Positions 1-8,698 of a stretch of DNA of 64,000 nucleotides are shown one piece after another (positions within the stretch are counted from its first letter, which is position 1; every line of letters begins with the position of its first letter). The notes beneath the pieces were generated by a model. The model ran no database searches, was not told where the DNA came from, and saw nothing but the letters and a program-made list of their open reading frames with translations. The translations under genes were made by a program, and so were the position numbers. Source of the stretch: an uncultured virus (IMG/VR IMGVR_UViG_3300042515_002586) (lineage: Duplodnaviria > Heunggongvirae > Uroviricota > Caudoviricetes); the IMG/VR virus record IMGVR_UViG_3300042515_002586; one strand, written 5' to 3'.

Positions 1-12
1 GCATTTGGTTTT

Positions 13-636
13 ATGCCTATTGAAAGCACACTAACAACAGGTGTTCTTCCAACCACAGGCTCACAATCTACAGTATACTGTAAAAGAATTTTTAGTCCTA
101 CGCTTAAACCAATTGATAAGGTAGGTATTCAACACGATGCTACAGCACACTCTGTAACAGGGGGTGTTCAACCTCAAATTAAGTTTGCGTTGTATACATT
201 AAACGCTCAAGGTTTGCCTAATACAAAAGTTTCGGGAATTGAAAATACTTTTTCTGTTGTGTCTGGTACTGCTTACACAATGTCTGGTACAGGTTGTTTA
301 ACACCAACTGCACTTCCTTATGTTGGAGATTATGTTATTGCATGGGTTACAAATAGGTTTGCAGCATCTGGTGTAACTTCAGCTGGGACTTTCAGCGCAA
401 CCCGGCTTCTTAACTTGGGGTCACCAGCTGGTTTTAACGTATACCCAGCAGGTTGGACAAATAGGGGCTTTAATCTTAACGCAGGACTAGCCACTAACAT
501 GTTTAATACACAAGCTGAATTTGCTGCTTTTAACTTCCCAACTTCTTTTGCATCACTTAACGCTACTGGTTTTACAGAAATACAAGGTGCTGCTTCCCCA
601 GCAGCTATTGACTGGTTCTGGTCATACTCAGCATGA
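13..636 (+). CDS. Putative virion/tail-associated protein
   Basis: 207-aa ORF rich in T/G/A/S and beta-strand-like; ATGA overlap with the downstream beta-helix gene; may begin upstream of the window. Confidence 0.5.
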   Translation: MPIESTLTTGVLPTTGSQSTVYCKRIFSPTLKPIDKVGIQHDATAHSVTGGVQPQIKFALYTLNAQGLPNTKVSGIENTFSVVSGTAYTMSGTGCLTPTALPYVGDYVIAWVTNRFAASGVTSAGTFSATRLLNLGSPAGFNVYPAGWTNRGFNLNAGLATNMFNTQAEFAAFNFPTSFASLNATGFTEIQGAASPAAIDWFWSYSA

Positions 637-2648
637 GAACTATAAAAGGAGCAGCTAGAGGTAAAGCTGAGTTCAGTCTTGAACAGCTTGCAAACAATAC
701 ATCAATTGATATTGGTGTAATAAATACTGATCGTCAAATTGTAATATCAAACAAAAGCAATATTACAATTAAAGGTACTTTAGACTATTCTTATAGTCTA
801 AATACCTGGACACAGTTAACAGCACAAGACCCAATCTTTTCTAGGATTCCAGCAAGTGTAACTGGACAAGTTTGGGTTACAACTTTAAAGGATGGAGCTA
901 GTCTCGGGACATACAGTAATGTTGTTCATGGTGGACTTCAAAAAACTCCATTTACTTCAATCCCACCAGCAGAATTAATTATTCAAGACAACATTGCAGA
1001 GTGTGCAAGACAAAATATTTGGGTAGCAAATACAACATCTCCTGGAGATGCTGTTTCTCTTGGTTACAGCAACTCTGAGTTTGATACATTAACTAATGTT
1101 AATGGTATGTGTGTTATTGGTAATGTTGGAGTACTGTATGCAAGTGAATTGAAAACAGTTTCAGCTATTAATACAGGTACGAATGTTTTAACAATCTCAT
1201 CTGTAAGTAATGGTGTAACTAACTTAATATCAAACACAGCTAAATATTACGCATTTAATCTTCCAGAATACCTAACCCAAGCAGGTTATTATTGGATTGA
1301 TAGAATTTCTAGTTTTGGTAACTACGGTAAAGTCTATTATGTTGCTCCTGTAGGGTTTAATCCTAATACTCAAAAAACAGCGTTGACTGGTGGAGAGTTT
1401 GTTGGGTCAGCTATTACTTTTAATAACTGTAATAACGTTAACCTAGAAATTACAATTAGAGGGCTTAGAGGCACAGCTATAACCTGTAATAATTGTACTA
1501 ACTTTACTTTTAATAATTCATACCTTACAGCTATAGGTAATGCTGGTGTTGTATATACTGGTACGGGCTTGAAGGTAACAAACTCAACTATTAACGATAT
1601 TGGAGCACAATCATTCTATATTACAACAACTTCAAGAGAAACATTACTAGATAGTGGTACATTATTTGAAAATGTTAAGTTTTCTGGTAGTGGTAGGTTT
1701 GCTCAAGTTCACGGTGCTGGAATCGTTTTTTATGGTTGTGGTTTAACTGTTAAAACCTGTAGGTTTGAAAACTCTAATGGAGCAGCTTGTTTCTTGTGGG
1801 GTAATGAGTGTAAACTATCCAATTTGTACATAGATAATACAGCAAGAAATAATGCAGACAACGGTACAGTCTATAGTGGACGAGACCCATCTTTCAGAGG
1901 AAACAGTATTTCAAATTCTACAATTAAAAATCACAAAACAACTATGTACTCTGAAAATGCTAAGTATGCAGGTAACGTACTAGCTGGAGTTTATCTGGAT
2001 GATGGTGTAAGTGATTTCACAATTAGTAACTGCTTATTTGAAAACATTGACTTTGCAATCAGAACAAATGGTGGTAGTTATATTGTATCAGACGAAAATA
2101 CTTTTAAAGATTGTCTTGTAGGATTCCATTTAGATAATGCACTCAATACGTGGGCTCAAAGAAGAACAATGGTTCCAGATAAGTCATCACTAAGTGTAGC
2201 TGTTCAGCTTTCTGGTGCGGTTAATGGTACAGTATCTGCACTAACAACCCTACCGATAACTGGAGCTATTGGTACTGGTGAGTTTTTATGGTTTGGCGAT
2301 ACTAGAGTTAAAGTAACAGCAGACGTAGCCATTAATGGAACTAACATTCCTATTACATCAGCTACACTGAATTTAGCAAATAACTCTATAGGTAAACTTG
2401 AAGGGGTATGGGAATTCTTTAAGCTTCTTAAAGATGTTAACTACGACAAACCTCCTTACAGTACAAGATATCCATTACTTGCAGCATATCTTAGTGGACC
2501 CATAAATGATTATCAAAACTGTAAAGAAAACTTTATGAGTGTTGATACCAGTTTCTTTAACACAGCAAGTGGTGTTCTATTTAGCAGCACATTTGGTACA
2601 CTAAATAAAGGGAACATTCAAGTACCTAAAAGCAGACAATTTAACTAA
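633..2648 (+). CDS. Right-handed parallel beta-helix protein, putative tailspike/glycan depolymerase
   Basis: Repeated beta-helix rungs (ITFNNCNNVNL, ITCNNCTNFTF, LTVKTCRFEN, FTISNCLFEN) plus DNGTVYSGRD and GVYLDDGVS motifs typical of beta-helix glycoside hydrolases/lyases. Confidence 0.7.
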   Translation: MRTIKGAARGKAEFSLEQLANNTSIDIGVINTDRQIVISNKSNITIKGTLDYSYSLNTWTQLTAQDPIFSRIPASVTGQVWVTTLKDGASLGTYSNVVHGGLQKTPFTSIPPAELIIQDNIAECARQNIWVANTTSPGDAVSLGYSNSEFDTLTNVNGMCVIGNVGVLYASELKTVSAINTGTNVLTISSVSNGVTNLISNTAKYYAFNLPEYLTQAGYYWIDRISSFGNYGKVYYVAPVGFNPNTQKTALTGGEFVGSAITFNNCNNVNLEITIRGLRGTAITCNNCTNFTFNNSYLTAIGNAGVVYTGTGLKVTNSTINDIGAQSFYITTTSRETLLDSGTLFENVKFSGSGRFAQVHGAGIVFYGCGLTVKTCRFENSNGAACFLWGNECKLSNLYIDNTARNNADNGTVYSGRDPSFRGNSISNSTIKNHKTTMYSENAKYAGNVLAGVYLDDGVSDFTISNCLFENIDFAIRTNGGSYIVSDENTFKDCLVGFHLDNALNTWAQRRTMVPDKSSLSVAVQLSGAVNGTVSALTTLPITGAIGTGEFLWFGDTRVKVTADVAINGTNIPITSATLNLANNSIGKLEGVWEFFKLLKDVNYDKPPYSTRYPLLAAYLSGPINDYQNCKENFMSVDTSFFNTASGVLFSSTFGTLNKGNIQVPKSRQFN

Positions 2649-2934
2649 ACAACGTTCTAGACGGATACCCATCCCTTATAACCTGATTCAACAACATAGT
2701 ACCATACATAGCTTGCCTTTCTTCAGAAAAAGAAAAAACATACTCACTAGAACTTTCAACACATTGAACATTTTTATCAACAAATCTTTTTAACCACAAC
2801 ATAAGAGTTCTTAAATATATTTCCTTTCTTTTTGCTTTTTTAAATTCGCTCTTAAGAACTCTTACAATTTTTTCATCGCCCATAATTAGTAGTGTAATAT
2901 AATCCACTATAAGGAACAAAATAAATGAACGCAA
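2641..2934 (-). CDS. Hypothetical protein (likely start MGDEKI)
   Basis: ORF fills the gap between two + strand genes. Confidence 0.45.
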   Translation of the reverse strand: MRSFILFLIVDYITLLIMGDEKIVRVLKSEFKKAKRKEIYLRTLMLWLKRFVDKNVQCVESSSEYVFSFSEERQAMYGTMLLNQVIRDGYPSRTLFS

Positions 2935-3305
2935 AAGTAACTATTACTGGCCCCTTAAGTGTTAAGTTTAGAGTTAATCTCCCATTTGGAATTAAAATAA
3001 ACAGAACATATACGACTAAAGTAAACGAAACAGTTGATCTTGGAAAGGTTAACTTACCTTCTACCACATCAAGAGTAGTTGGTATTCCTGGACCAGTTGA
3101 TCTTGTCCTTAAAATTGTTTCTGTTGACGACAAGGAAGCAAACTTTGAAGCTTCTCTGGTATTAGACGGATTTGGACTTCCTCTCTATACTCAGACCGTC
3201 AAAGTAGATCTTAAAACCCTTAAAACACCTGGTCTTAGAATCAGGCTCAATAATGTAAGAGGCGTAACAGCTGATCTTACGGTTGGTCTGGAATTAAGCA
3301 AGTAA
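2925..3305 (+). CDS. Hypothetical beta-rich protein
   Basis: 126-aa ORF with AAGGA RBS upstream; last + strand gene before the strand switch. Confidence 0.65.
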   Translation: MNAKVTITGPLSVKFRVNLPFGIKINRTYTTKVNETVDLGKVNLPSTTSRVVGIPGPVDLVLKIVSVDDKEANFEASLVLDGFGLPLYTQTVKVDLKTLKTPGLRIRLNNVRGVTADLTVGLELSK

Positions 3306-3320
3306 GAAAAAATTCCGCTT

Positions 3321-3347
3321 AAAAAATACCCCACTAAAAAGTAGGGT
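3321..3347 (-). terminator. Rho-independent terminator at convergent junction
   Basis: Minus strand reads ACCCTACT-TTTT-AGTGGGGT followed by ATTTTTT. Confidence 0.6.
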
Positions 3348-3374
3348 TATAGTGAAAGTCAATAACTACAGCAA

Positions 3375-3659
3375 TTAATTGCTGTAGTTATTTTTAAATA
3401 GGAAGTAAATTTTAGGGTGATTCTTATTTAAATGATAATGAAAAAAATTAGAAACATTGTTTTCATAAATATCTTGTATAAGAATTCTAAAAGAAGCAAC
3501 AAAGAAAGAAATAAAAGAGAAGCAAGACATAGTTATCTCATTTAAGTTAACTATAGCAGATTTAATTTTATTTAAATCAGAGTAGTCTTCATCTAAAACT
3601 TTTTTAGTGAAGGAAAGTAAAAAGGACAGAAATGCTAATAGCACATTTATAATATTCAT
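3375..3659 (-). CDS. Hypothetical membrane protein
   Basis: 94 aa with two hydrophobic segments. Confidence 0.45.
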   Translation of the reverse strand: MNIINVLLAFLSFLLSFTKKVLDEDYSDLNKIKSAIVNLNEITMSCFSFISFFVASFRILIQDIYENNVSNFFHYHLNKNHPKIYFLFKNNYSN

Positions 3660-3919
3660 TAAGTAATCAGACTTCCAAAAATATATTTATCTTGTTCTTT
3701 TATATAAAAAGGAACTAAGACCAGAGGTATTTTATTTCTAGAGACGATTGCTTTTCCCTGATATATGGGTTCTTTTTCTAGGATAGGGTAATCATTGTAT
3801 TTTTTCTTCCAAGAGTAACACAAAAATTCTGAATCACTTGGAAGATTTAATAAGAATGCATAGTAAGGGCAGGTTCTTAACACAAAGTGTTGTAGATCTG
3901 CATATTCAGAAATAGACAT
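3659..3919 (-). CDS. Hypothetical protein
   Basis: Abutting ORF in operon-like run. Confidence 0.55.
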   Translation of the reverse strand: MSISEYADLQHFVLRTCPYYAFLLNLPSDSEFLCYSWKKKYNDYPILEKEPIYQGKAIVSRNKIPLVLVPFYIKEQDKYIFGSLIT

Positions 3920-3921
3920 AA

Positions 3922-4203
3922 TTACAACTCAACAAACTCTTCTTCTATTACTTCCCCATTAGAATCAACAGGAGCAAATCCAAGAACTTGGTGGTAAGTA
4001 GAAACTTTTTCTATTTTTAGTACTGAGTCTTTGTTATCAAGTAAATGTTGGTTCTTTAAAGCAACCCTTTCAGATGCTTCTACAACTTCAACCATAGTAC
4101 TGTCCTTTAAATCTTCCTCATAGATAGGAACAAGGACATCAGCTACTTGAGTTACAGTATTTACATACTTAACTCTAGCATAATAAATTGGTGTTTTTTC
4201 CAT
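3922..4203 (-). CDS. Hypothetical protein
   Basis: 93-aa acidic ORF in operon-like run. Confidence 0.6.
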   Translation of the reverse strand: MEKTPIYYARVKYVNTVTQVADVLVPIYEEDLKDSTMVEVVEASERVALKNQHLLDNKDSVLKIEKVSTYHQVLGFAPVDSNGEVIEEEFVEL

Positions 4204-4243
4204 AATAATTTTTCATTTTATTTACTTTTATTCTTATGAAAAT

Positions 4244-4798
4244 TTAATCTAATGAAGTTATTTTTACTTTATCAGTTGAAAGATCAAGACCAACATGGTT
4301 TCCATTTACTACTATAGTTATTTTAGTTGTAAAATTGATTGAATCATAATCAGTAGATATAATGTTACCTTCAAGGTTAATATTTTTAAACCTATCCTTT
4401 AAAGGCTCGTAAACACTATAATTTATATCATTAATATTAATAGCACAAATTAATGATAAACCCTCACTAACCCACACCTCATTTTTAACTACTTTAAAAG
4501 TATTTTTATCTGTTCTCTGAGGACTTTTTAAGTAAAGCTTATTAGTTTTTAAATTTTTAAGGTGCGTAGCTTCTTCAATTGAACACTTGGTATAAATTAA
4601 ATTATTTAATTTGTCATGAACATTTAGAGGTGCATCATCTAGTGGACTTGGATGAGTTGGAGGCCATTTCTTTTCATTTGGATTAAGTCTCCAAGGAACA
4701 TTTTTAGGAAAATCTCTAATAGGTTGTTGATTAGGATTTCTAGGAATTCCTTTTAAAGGATCATTAAATGGTCCGTAGTCTGGTTTCATATAGCACAT
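4244..4798 (-). CDS. Hypothetical protein with Pro-rich N-terminus
   Basis: 184-aa ORF. Confidence 0.6.
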   Translation of the reverse strand: MCYMKPDYGPFNDPLKGIPRNPNQQPIRDFPKNVPWRLNPNEKKWPPTHPSPLDDAPLNVHDKLNNLIYTKCSIEEATHLKNLKTNKLYLKSPQRTDKNTFKVVKNEVWVSEGLSLICAININDINYSVYEPLKDRFKNINLEGNIISTDYDSINFTTKITIVVNGNHVGLDLSTDKVKITSLD

Positions 4799-4800
4799 TA

Positions 4801-5196
4801 TTACTCTTCCTCTTTTCTATCTAATTCCCAACTAATAATTATTTCTTCCTTATCTAAAGGCCAAGAAGGATCTGCTGTATCAATTGGTTTAAAACTATTA
4901 TCAAGTATTAAGTAACCAGCTTTGACTAATTCTTCTACAGCATCCAATAAACTTCTAGTACTTCCTGAAGTAATTTTCCACTTAATATTCTTTGCTCCAC
5001 TGTATTTTGTTTCATAGTTTATTTTCTTTGAAATTTTATTGAGTTGACTATCTACAACTTCAAAATATTTACGTCTTTCATTGGTTTTTACTAATGCCTT
5101 TTCTGCTGTTATTAGTGGAGTAACATACGCTCCAGTTATTTGATCTTGAATATTCATATTATTCTTGTTCTCCTTCGTAGTCTTCTTCCTCTTCAA
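4801..5196 (-). CDS. Hypothetical protein (likely start MNIQDQ)
   Basis: ORF in operon-like run. Confidence 0.55.
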   Translation of the reverse strand: MKRKKTTKENKNNMNIQDQITGAYVTPLITAEKALVKTNERRKYFEVVDSQLNKISKKINYETKYSGAKNIKWKITSGSTRSLLDAVEELVKAGYLILDNSFKPIDTADPSWPLDKEEIIISWELDRKEEE

Positions 5197-5431
5197 TAGT
5201 ATATGGTAATTCTAATATATTCATTAAGTCACGAGAAAAATCAGTTATACCATCTTCTCTACCAAGGCTATAAGCATCGTCAAAATTTCCACCACATGCT
5301 TCATATACGTAGTCGTCATTATCACTAAGAGTTCTTCTAGAAGTATTTTTTTCAATAGCTTCAATTAATTTATTTATTTTATCGTTTGTTATCATATTTA
5401 ATATGGTTCTCCTGGAACACAATCTGCACAA
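5159..5431 (-). CDS. Hypothetical protein (likely start MITNDK)
   Basis: Contains YEACGGNFDDAYSLG segment; acidic. Confidence 0.55.
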   Translation of the reverse strand: MCRLCSRRTILNMITNDKINKLIEAIEKNTSRRTLSDNDDYVYEACGGNFDDAYSLGREDGITDFSRDLMNILELPYTIEEEEDYEGEQE

Positions 5432-5628
5432 CCTTCACAATTTTCACAATTTTCACATGGATCAGTTTGGAAAGAAGAAATTACTAGTGAACCCATTGAC
5501 CCATCTCTTTCACGAAATTTAATACTAGTAACAACATCATCGTAGTACGTTATTGTAAGAAGTCTAGTTCCTTTATAATCCCCAAAAGGGGCAATTATAT
5601 CAATAGTGTATTCAGTTGGTTTTGACAT
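5398..5628 (-). CDS. Small protein with C-terminal CxxCxxCxxCxxC repeat
   Basis: PCENCENCEGCADC. Confidence 0.55.
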   Translation of the reverse strand: MSKPTEYTIDIIAPFGDYKGTRLLTITYYDDVVTSIKFRERDGSMGSLVISSFQTDPCENCENCEGCADCVPGEPY

Positions 5629-5950
5629 TGTTTTTCTCTTCTTTAAATTCTGGTAACTCCATAAAATGGCTTACAATACTAACAGACTTCTTTGCTTTCG
5701 TATCTTGTATTAATCTACCTAAAGCATCATTCCAATGACCTGACATTTCAACACTATAAGTAGAACCATCATTTCTAGTATACACTCTTACTGTCAAAGG
5801 ATCATAATACCCCTCAGTAATGACATAAATCTTTGAGTGCTTAGTACGATAACTTTTACCAGACTTGTAGTATCTAATTAAAACATGTTTCTTATTCTCT
5901 GCTACATCTTTATAGTTATTTAAATCGTCTACTTTAATCCAATTTGACAT
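5612..5950 (-). CDS. DUF551-like phage protein
   Basis: N-terminal MSNWIKV and C-terminal VSHFMELPE pattern. Confidence 0.55.
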   Translation of the reverse strand: MSNWIKVDDLNNYKDVAENKKHVLIRYYKSGKSYRTKHSKIYVITEGYYDPLTVRVYTRNDGSTYSVEMSGHWNDALGRLIQDTKAKKSVSIVSHFMELPEFKEEKNNVKTN

Positions 5951-6323
5951 TAACTAATACATCTCCTTCTATTATTTTTACAAGTTCTGATTCTGTAACA
6001 GGAGCATTAAAGATATCTACAAAAGATGTGTGTTTAAAAGGATTATATCCAACTCTTTTATGTTTGACAAAAGGTACATTAGTTTCATCAACATACCCCT
6101 TAATCCAAGCATGGACATTCCTACCAGCAGCCCTTACTGCACGTTCTCTAGACTTTTGACCTACAATAAACTTACAATGGATAAGGTTTATATTACTTGT
6201 ATGTCCTATAACCTTTCCTTTTTGTCTAATAGAATATACTCTACCTTTTAAATGTAAGTTCCTATAAACTTCAACAGGTTCAGTAGGATCAAATACTCGA
6301 TCTTTAAATGCTTTAAGTTCCAT
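5934..6323 (-). CDS. Conserved phage protein (VYRNLH...VHAW...YNPFK family)
   Basis: Motifs VYRNLH, RNVHAWIKG, YNPFKH; start reassigned to ATG at 6323 just after the nrdB stop. Confidence 0.6.
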   Translation of the reverse strand: MELKAFKDRVFDPTEPVEVYRNLHLKGRVYSIRQKGKVIGHTSNINLIHCKFIVGQKSRERAVRAAGRNVHAWIKGYVDETNVPFVKHKRVGYNPFKHTSFVDIFNAPVTESELVKIIEGDVLVNVKLD

Positions 6324-6327
6324 TAAC

Positions 6328-7392
6328 TTATAGTTCAAATCCTTCAAAATCGTCTTTAGCAATAGAAGAGTCTCTTGCCCCAATTAAGTAGTTAGCTCCT
6401 AATTCAGACTCTTGTGGAGCCACCTGGACTGCTTTAGGTCTAATAAACTCTTGGTACCAGCTACCTAATGGATTTTGCTTTTGCTTTTCAAAGATTGGAT
6501 CAATTTTCAAAATAGCTAATCTTTCGTTTGCTCTATACTCTGCAAATAGTTTAAACTGTTCAATAGTTAAACCTAATAAGTCACCTTGGGAAAATAGATA
6601 ATCTGCCCATTGCTTTTCATTTTCAACACCAACTCTAAATGATTCTACAATCTTAGCTTCATCATAAATGTCTTGGAATCCTTCTTCTGGGACATCCTTA
6701 AATATTTTTAATAGTTCAGTTGTAATTGCAGCATGAAGAATTTCATCTTTTTCAATGAACTTGATAATCTTACCATTACCTTCCATTACACCCTTAGCTG
6801 CAAAGAAGAATGAACAAGCAAACGATACATAGAATGATAAGCTTTCAGTTACATTAGTTTCAACGATAGCATTAAAAATTCTATGTCTTAATGACTTAGC
6901 ATCATCTTCAAAGATATTATCATAAGAACTAGTAAATCTAGTTAACCTATTTATAATTTCCTTGTCTTCTAAAATGGAATCCCAAAACACACTTTCATCA
7001 GCATATACATTCTTTAGAATGTGAGAATAGCTTCTAGAGTGAATATTACTTTCAAAGAAACTCCATACACCAAAACAAGCTTCTAATTCTGGGTTACTAA
7101 CATATGCCTTGATAGTATCAATAGACCTAGAAAGACAACTATCGCCAAGCGTTTGGTATTTTAAGTTACTATCAAAGATAAACTTCTCAACTGGTGTTAA
7201 AGCTTTGTAGTCATTTCTATCTTTTAAAAGACTAACCTCTTCTGCTTGCCAATATTGTTTCTCTTGAGCTTGAGCTAATTTATAGAATGTTGGATACTTT
7301 AGACGGTCATATCTTTGTAAAGACAAAGATTCGCCCAAGAAAAGAGGTTCTGATCTTGGATCAACATTGTTAAAATTCATTACAGTTTTCAT
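6328..7392 (-). CDS. nrdB: Ribonucleotide reductase class Ia beta subunit
   Basis: YWQAEEVSL, DS, ESNIHSRSY, ESLSFYVSF and DEILH di-iron/tyrosyl motifs. Confidence 0.95.
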   Translation of the reverse strand: MKTVMNFNNVDPRSEPLFLGESLSLQRYDRLKYPTFYKLAQAQEKQYWQAEEVSLLKDRNDYKALTPVEKFIFDSNLKYQTLGDSCLSRSIDTIKAYVSNPELEACFGVWSFFESNIHSRSYSHILKNVYADESVFWDSILEDKEIINRLTRFTSSYDNIFEDDAKSLRHRIFNAIVETNVTESLSFYVSFACSFFFAAKGVMEGNGKIIKFIEKDEILHAAITTELLKIFKDVPEEGFQDIYDEAKIVESFRVGVENEKQWADYLFSQGDLLGLTIEQFKLFAEYRANERLAILKIDPIFEKQKQNPLGSWYQEFIRPKAVQVAPQESELGANYLIGARDSSIAKDDFEGFEL

Positions 7393-7649
7393 TTCTCTAC
7401 AATCTTATATTTTGGTATGTATGCTATACAGTCATTTATATGACTATAAACATAACATTTTTTAGTTGAGGTTGTTTTTTCTGTTTCAATATAGTATTTA
7501 TATTGAAAATTTGCTGATGTTTTTGTAGTATCAACAATTATAAGCTCTATAAATTTTGAGTTATTATTATATTCTATGTCTAATAAATCTGTACTATTCA
7601 TATACCTATAAGCTGTACGAAGTTTACTATAAAAATTTCTAAGAATCAT
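7389..7649 (-). CDS. Aromatic-rich small protein, probable dispersed member of the microprotein family
   Basis: Tyr-rich, C-terminal YVYSHIND resembles the family motif. Confidence 0.45.
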   Translation of the reverse strand: MILRNFYSKLRTAYRYMNSTDLLDIEYNNNSKFIELIIVDTTKTSANFQYKYYIETEKTTSTKKCYVYSHINDCIAYIPKYKIVEK

Positions 7650-7870
7650 AAATTAAAATCCTCCCAAAAATCTGTTCCCTTATGAATACAAACTTCTAGT
7701 TCATTAGTATAAGTATTTAATGTATGTATTATAAACCTGTAGGGGTTATATTCAGTTCTTGAAATCTCAACATCACCCCTACAAAAATGGATACTAAGAT
7801 TATTTTTATAATAAAAAGATTCTGAGGATAAGGCAGTCTTAGTATCGTATTCGTCGTAGTCAATAAACAT
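7646..7870 (-). CDS. Dispersed member of the microprotein family
   Basis: FYY..LSIHF....I pattern and LNTYTNE motif. Confidence 0.55.
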   Translation of the reverse strand: MFIDYDEYDTKTALSSESFYYKNNLSIHFCRGDVEISRTEYNPYRFIIHTLNTYTNELEVCIHKGTDFWEDFNL

Positions 7871-7873
7871 TAC

Positions 7874-8698
7874 TTAATAAGAATAATCTTCATATTCTTC
7901 TTCGTCTTCGTTATAGTTATCTAAATTGTTTAAATAAACAAGATCAGGATAAGGTGCTTCAATTTCTGAAATAACTTTATACTTACAAGTTCTAAGTTTT
8001 TGACATTCACAATCTAATGGAACACTAACAACATCTTTAGGGTTTACCTCAACCATTAATAGCTTACCAGTAGAACCTCTCCAATTATTAGCATAATCGT
8101 AACTACCAACGTGAAGACCTTGAGAACATCCCCTATTCTTATCATCATCTACATAATTTCTAACTACTTCAATAATACTACCAATACCATTATAAATCTT
8201 TCCACCATAAGAAATACCTTTTAATAGTACCGCATTACCACTCCGAATTGAAAAGTAGTCATTTCCTACTCCTTTGTAAGCTAAAAAGTTTCCATTCTCA
8301 GCAATAGGCATATGCTTATGTTGTAAGAATGTATAAAGCTCATCTACAGCACGTTTAGATGGATTCTCTTGCAACTTTGCAAAGAACTTAACTAAAGGCT
8401 CATAAGGTAACCCTTGATAGAAGAAATCTATAATCTTTTCAGTAATGAAACTAGATACTTCTTGTCCACCAAAGTAAACAGAGTTACCTCTAATCTCAAT
8501 ATTTTCATAAGTATATAGTGTTTTATTAAAACTATTTACAATAGAAATAGAATCTTTAAGAGACTCAAAATCTTGATTCTTTAAATGCTCTACACAAGTA
8601 TTGAAATTTGGATCAGTGTTCTTTACAGTAAAAGGAGTACCATCAAAAATAACGGTAAGGGAGAAATTCTCTACATAATTGAATGGAGGTGTGTTCAT
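7874..8698 (-). CDS. rIIB: rIIB-like protein
   Basis: NPSKRAVDELYTFL, GNFLAYKGV, CSQGLHVGS and VNPKDVVSVP motifs; adjacent to rIIA. Confidence 0.85.
   Translation of the reverse strand: MNTPPFNYVENFSLTVIFDGTPFTVKNTDPNFNTCVEHLKNQDFESLKDSISIVNSFNKTLYTYENIEIRGNSVYFGGQEVSSFITEKIIDFFYQGLPYEPLVKFFAKLQENPSKRAVDELYTFLQHKHMPIAENGNFLAYKGVGNDYFSIRSGNAVLLKGISYGGKIYNGIGSIIEVVRNYVDDDKNRGCSQGLHVGSYDYANNWRGSTGKLLMVEVNPKDVVSVPLDCECQKLRTCKYKVISEIEAPYPDLVYLNNLDNYNEDEEEYEDYSY

Noticed and set aside
2873..3133. Minus-strand 86-aa ORF
   Set aside because: Antisense shadow of 2925-3305, which has a clear RBS
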